Origin: Escherichia coli
Lineage (GTDB): Bacteria; Pseudomonadota; Gammaproteobacteria; Enterobacterales; Enterobacteriaceae
Direction: 5' to 3' (one strand)
DNA: 64,000 bases
Assembly: GCF_030013595.1 (NCBI RefSeq)
Contig: NZ_CP122768.1
Shown: positions 60,256 through 64,000 of the stretch, in pieces
Numbering within the stretch: position 1 is the stretch's first letter
How the letters are laid out: every line of letters starts with the position of its first letter
The notes under the pieces: generated by a model
The model's input: the letters and a program-made list of their open reading frames with translations, nothing else
Told to the model about the DNA's origin: nothing
Database searches by the model: none
Program-made: the position numbers and the translations under genes

Positions 60256-62400
60256 ATGTATAATTGTGGTGAATCATATTCAGAATACGACATATCATTA
60301 TCTGACGATGAAAACTATAACGATGACTATTATCGTGAGCGCCCGTGCCCGGGAGAAGTTTTCGGCTATGATAATGATGTACCACGGTTTAGTAAGATTG
60401 CACGGTCTTATTTGCTCCACGTGGGTAGCCTTGACTGGACCAAGATAAATCCGGATATCTTTGGCTCCATGATTCAGGCAATTGCCGAAGATGAAGAGCG
60501 CGGAGAGCTGGGTATGCATTACACCAGCGTACCCAACATCTTAAAAGTTTTGAATCCACTATTTCTTGACGACCTGCGTGCACAGCTGGACGAGGCTGGT
60601 GACAATCCACGTATGTTGCTGAACCTGCGCAAACGCATTTCCCACATTCGTGTGTTCGACCCAGCGTGCGGTTCTGGGAACTTTTTGGTTATCGCGTATA
60701 AGGAAATGCGTGCCATTGAGGCCGAAATCAACAAGAGGCGCAGTGAGCCGGATCGTGCCTCGGATATTCCACTTACCAACTTTCGCGGGATTGAACTACG
60801 AGATTTCCCGGCAGAAATCGCCCGCCTTGCGCTTGTTATCGCTGAGTACCAATGTGATGTGCTGTACCGTGGGCTGCGGCTGGCCTTGGCTGAGCTTCTT
60901 CCTTTACGCAACGAAAATTGGATTACTTGTGGCAATGCACTGCGGCTCGACTGGTTAAGAATTTGTCCGCCAACGGGAACCAGTGTGAAATTACATGGTG
61001 ACGACTTGTTTGGATCACCGCTTGATCAGGCAGAGATTGACTTTGAAAATGAAGGAGGAGAGACATATATTTGTGGAAATCCTCCATACAAGGGTAGCCA
61101 AACCCAAACTGATGACCAAAAAAATGATCTAAAAGCCATATTCGAGAAACGCACAACTAATTGGAAGTCATTGGATTATGTTGCAGGTTGGTTTATGAAG
61201 GCTGTCGACTACGGTAGTCAAACTAACTCGTCTGCTGCGTTCGTCTCAACTAATTCCATTTGTCAAGGTAGACAGGTCGAAACCCTTTGGTCGTTGATTT
61301 TTGCAGCCAAGCATGAAATATCCTTTGCTTATACGTCCTTCAAATGGGCAAATCTTGCTAGCCACAATGCGGGAGTGAGTGTCATTGTTGTGGGAATTTC
61401 TAATCATGTTAAGGGCCCCCGGAAAATATTTTCCACAACTGAGGATTTGGGGACCATCATAAAAGAAGTAGACAACATCAATGCGTATCTTGTCGCGGGT
61501 AAAAGCACAATTGTTGCACAGCGAAGTTTTCCTTTATCCGAAGTAAGTGTAATGGATTTTGGTTCAATGGCGAACGATGGTGGTGGCCTTCTTTTTGACA
61601 GTTCAGAATCAAGTCGTGCAGTTAATGATTATGGTGCTGATATTTGTTATTTTCGAAAGGCTTGGGGAGCTAAGGAGTTTATTTCTGGAACTCCTAGAGC
61701 TTGCCTGTGGTTAAATAAAGACAGTGCTAAAAAAGCAATTCTGAACTCTTGGATTTCAGACCGAATTGAGATCACACGTAAGGCCAGAGCAAATAGTCCT
61801 CGGGCAGCGACAAAAAAACTAGCAGATATTGCTTACAGATTTGGTGAAGTGAGGCAAGACGGCAGCGAGCGAATCATTATTGTTCCCAGTGTCAGTTCTG
61901 AACGTAGGGAGTATCTTCCATGTGGTTATCTCGATGTTGGTTCAATCGTTATCGCTCCGAATCTTGCTTTCTATGATTCCCCGCTTTGGAATATGGCGCT
62001 TATTGCTTCTAGGTTGCATTTGGTATGGGTGGCGACAGTCTGCGGGCGTATCAAAACTGACTATCGCTACTCTAATACCCTTGGCTGGAATACTTTCCCT
62101 GTCCCACCACTCACTGAGAAAAACAAGGCCGACCTTACGCGTTGCGCAGAGGATATCCTACTGGCGCGGGAACACCACTTCCCTGCGACTATTGCGGATT
62201 TGTATGATCCCGCGAACATGCCCCCTGACCTGCGTGCTGCCCATGAACGAAACGACGAAGTGCTGGAACGCATCTATATAGGGCGACGATTCAAGAACGA
62301 CACTGAGCGGCTGGAAAAGTTGTTCGACCTCTACACGAAAATGATTGCTTCGACTGCACCGGTCAAAGGTAAGAAGCGCAAAGCAGGAAATAACGAATGA
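60256..62400 (+). CDS. MmeI/PglX/YeeA-family gamma-class N6-adenine DNA methyltransferase (apparently lacking the usual N-terminal domain)
   Basis: 714 aa. INPDIFGSMIQ..GMHYTS helical-spacer motif, motif I VFDPACGSGNFLV, motif IV CGNPPYKG, and a long C-terminal TRD-like region. Confidence 0.8.
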   Translation: MYNCGESYSEYDISLSDDENYNDDYYRERPCPGEVFGYDNDVPRFSKIARSYLLHVGSLDWTKINPDIFGSMIQAIAEDEERGELGMHYTSVPNILKVLNPLFLDDLRAQLDEAGDNPRMLLNLRKRISHIRVFDPACGSGNFLVIAYKEMRAIEAEINKRRSEPDRASDIPLTNFRGIELRDFPAEIARLALVIAEYQCDVLYRGLRLALAELLPLRNENWITCGNALRLDWLRICPPTGTSVKLHGDDLFGSPLDQAEIDFENEGGETYICGNPPYKGSQTQTDDQKNDLKAIFEKRTTNWKSLDYVAGWFMKAVDYGSQTNSSAAFVSTNSICQGRQVETLWSLIFAAKHEISFAYTSFKWANLASHNAGVSVIVVGISNHVKGPRKIFSTTEDLGTIIKEVDNINAYLVAGKSTIVAQRSFPLSEVSVMDFGSMANDGGGLLFDSSESSRAVNDYGADICYFRKAWGAKEFISGTPRACLWLNKDSAKKAILNSWISDRIEITRKARANSPRAATKKLADIAYRFGEVRQDGSERIIIVPSVSSERREYLPCGYLDVGSIVIAPNLAFYDSPLWNMALIASRLHLVWVATVCGRIKTDYRYSNTLGWNTFPVPPLTEKNKADLTRCAEDILLAREHHFPATIADLYDPANMPPDLRAAHERNDEVLERIYIGRRFKNDTERLEKLFDLYTKMIASTAPVKGKKRKAGNNE

Positions 62401-64000
62401 ACAATAAAATCAAGAATGTACCTTCCGTTTCCGTTACTTATGCACGTAATGGCGCATCAACCAAAGCTAATGTGCTTGGGATGCGTCCTATGCAGGAGAG
62501 AGCTTATGAAAAGCGCGGCGAGCAGTACTTGCTTATCAAATCACCACCGGCATCAGGTAAAAGCCGCGCACTGATGTTCATAGCACTCGACAAACTCGAA
62601 AACCAAGGGATTAAACAGGCAATCATCGTTGTGCCGGAAAAATCTATCGGCGCGAGTTTCAACGATGAACCGCTATCGCAGTTTGGATTCTGGGCTGATT
62701 GGCATGTCGAACCTAAGTGGAACCTATGCAACGCGCCCGGTAACGACAACGGGGGCAAGGTAAGATCTTTTGGCTCTTTTCTTGAAAGTAGCGACAAGGT
62801 GCTTGTTTGCACACACGCAACCTTTCGCTTCGCGGTCGATGCCTATGGCGTAGAAGCGTTTGACGATCGCCTGATCGCCGTCGATGAATTCCACCATGTG
62901 TCAGCTAACCCGGATAACAAGCTTGGTCAGCATCTGGGGCAGTTCATCGCGCGTGATAAGACACACATCGTTGCCATGACCGGCTCCTACTTCCGTGGTG
63001 ATGCGGAGGCCGTTTTGGCTCCTCAGGATGAGTCCAGGTTCGATACCGTCACCTATACCTACTACGAACAACTCAACGGTTACGAATACCTCAAGCAACT
63101 CGATATCGGCTACTTCTTTTACAGTGGCTCCTACGTCGATGACATCCTTAATGTCCTCGATCCTGACAAAAAGACCATTATCCATATACCCAACGTCAAT
63201 TCGCGCGAGAGCACGAAGGATAAAATCAAGGAAGTGGAGCATATTCTTAGCGAGCTTGGCGATTGGCAAGGTGCGGATCCTGCGACTGGTTTCCAGCTAG
63301 TCAAATGCCTCGATGGCCGAATGTTGCGTATAGCTGATCTGGTGGACCCAACTAGTCAAGGCAAGATTCAGGAAAGCCTTCGTGCTGCAGAAATGAAGAC
63401 AGACCGTGACTATGTAGACATCATTATTGCACTTGGTATGGCGAAGGAAGGTTTTGACTGGATTTGGTGCGAACATGCGCTGACCGTTGGCTACCGTGCC
63501 AGCCTGACTGAGATCGTGCAGATTATCGGTCGCGCTACTCGCGACGCGCCGGGTAAAAACCGCGCAAGGTTTACTAACCTGATCGCCGAGCCGGATGCTG
63601 TTGAGGGGGCTGTCACCGAGGCAGTCAACGATACCTTGAAAGCCATCGCGGCAAGCCTGCTGATGGAGCAAGTATTAGCTCCGCGCTTCGAGTTCAAGCC
63701 TAAGAACCCAGAAAGTGGTCCGGCCCCAGGCTTTGATTATGGTGATGGTGGATATGACCCGGATAGCTGTAATTTTGGTGTTAATGAGCAGACAGGGACG
63801 TATCAAATCGAGATTAAGGGACTTGCCGAGCCCAGGAGCAAAGAGGCGGCACGCATCTGCCAGGAAGATTTAAACGAAGTGATCGCGGCCTTTGTGCAGG
63901 ATAAGCCCGCCATCGAACGAGGCCTGTTCGATGAAGAGCTGATTCCTGAAGAGTTAACTCAGGTTCGTATGGGTAAGATCATCAAAGAAAAGTATCCTGA
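62397..64000 (+). CDS. SF2 (ResIII/DEAD-like) helicase-ATPase, partial (open at window end)
   Basis: The ATG at 62397 overlaps the methyltransferase TGA (ATGA). Read by hand, with no stop through 64000 (>534 codons). Motif I KSPPASGKS, motif II VDEFHHV, motif VI QIIGRATR. Absent from the ORF track because it has no stop. Confidence 0.8.
   Translation, partial: MNNKIKNVPSVSVTYARNGASTKANVLGMRPMQERAYEKRGEQYLLIKSPPASGKSRALMFIALDKLENQGIKQAIIVVPEKSIGASFNDEPLSQFGFWADWHVEPKWNLCNAPGNDNGGKVRSFGSFLESSDKVLVCTHATFRFAVDAYGVEAFDDRLIAVDEFHHVSANPDNKLGQHLGQFIARDKTHIVAMTGSYFRGDAEAVLAPQDESRFDTVTYTYYEQLNGYEYLKQLDIGYFFYSGSYVDDILNVLDPDKKTIIHIPNVNSRESTKDKIKEVEHILSELGDWQGADPATGFQLVKCLDGRMLRIADLVDPTSQGKIQESLRAAEMKTDRDYVDIIIALGMAKEGFDWIWCEHALTVGYRASLTEIVQIIGRATRDAPGKNRARFTNLIAEPDAVEGAVTEAVNDTLKAIAASLLMEQVLAPRFEFKPKNPESGPAPGFDYGDGGYDPDSCNFGVNEQTGTYQIEIKGLAEPRSKEAARICQEDLNEVIAAFVQDKPAIERGLFDEELIPEELTQVRMGKIIKEKYP

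Overview
This is an Escherichia coli chromosomal segment. From memory it is colinear, in inverted orientation, with the K-12 ykgG-to-thrW-island region. No searches were possible, so all names come from reading the sequence and ORF translations and recalling protein families.

Gene order, left to right:
- ykgGFE (lutCBA-like), rclR, and rclA-rclB-rclC.
- An aldo-keto reductase, ykgA, and a full-length eaeH/fdeC intimin-like adhesin.
- Two more aldo-keto reductases, a LysR regulator, ykgR, Zur-boxed ykgM-ykgO, and ykgL.
- The ecpRABCDE pilus operon, ykgJ, yagU, and paoABCD.
- An MFS/hydrolase/LysR module, a yagP remnant, and a ptwF-like pseudo-tRNA-Thr.
- The integrase-proximal part of a CP4-6/CP4-44-type island: integrase, DUF4942, yeeW-like, cbtA/cbeA, yeeT-like, radC-like, antirestriction, DUF932, IS200, DUF905, Ag43 with its 3-GATC phase switch, and a YeeP-like GTPase.
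- At the end, an MmeI/PglX-family N6-adenine methyltransferase translationally coupled to an SF2 helicase that runs off the window.

The most unusual feature is a ~10.7-kb integrase-bearing, PICI-like phage satellite inserted inside the 3' part of rclA (5835-16589). It carries:
- an AlpA regulator;
- a RepA-type replicase followed by an iteron origin;
- ProQ/FinO-like and PerC-like regulators;
- a GPO/DUF2213-like capsid-assembly candidate;
- a Nu1-like HTH protein next to a TTGACAC iteron array;
- a lambda-like cos candidate;
- an embedded opposite-strand RHH gene with operator-like repeats, and a candidate small RNA.

The second candidate system is the methyltransferase-helicase pair at 60256 to beyond 64000, which is incomplete in this window.
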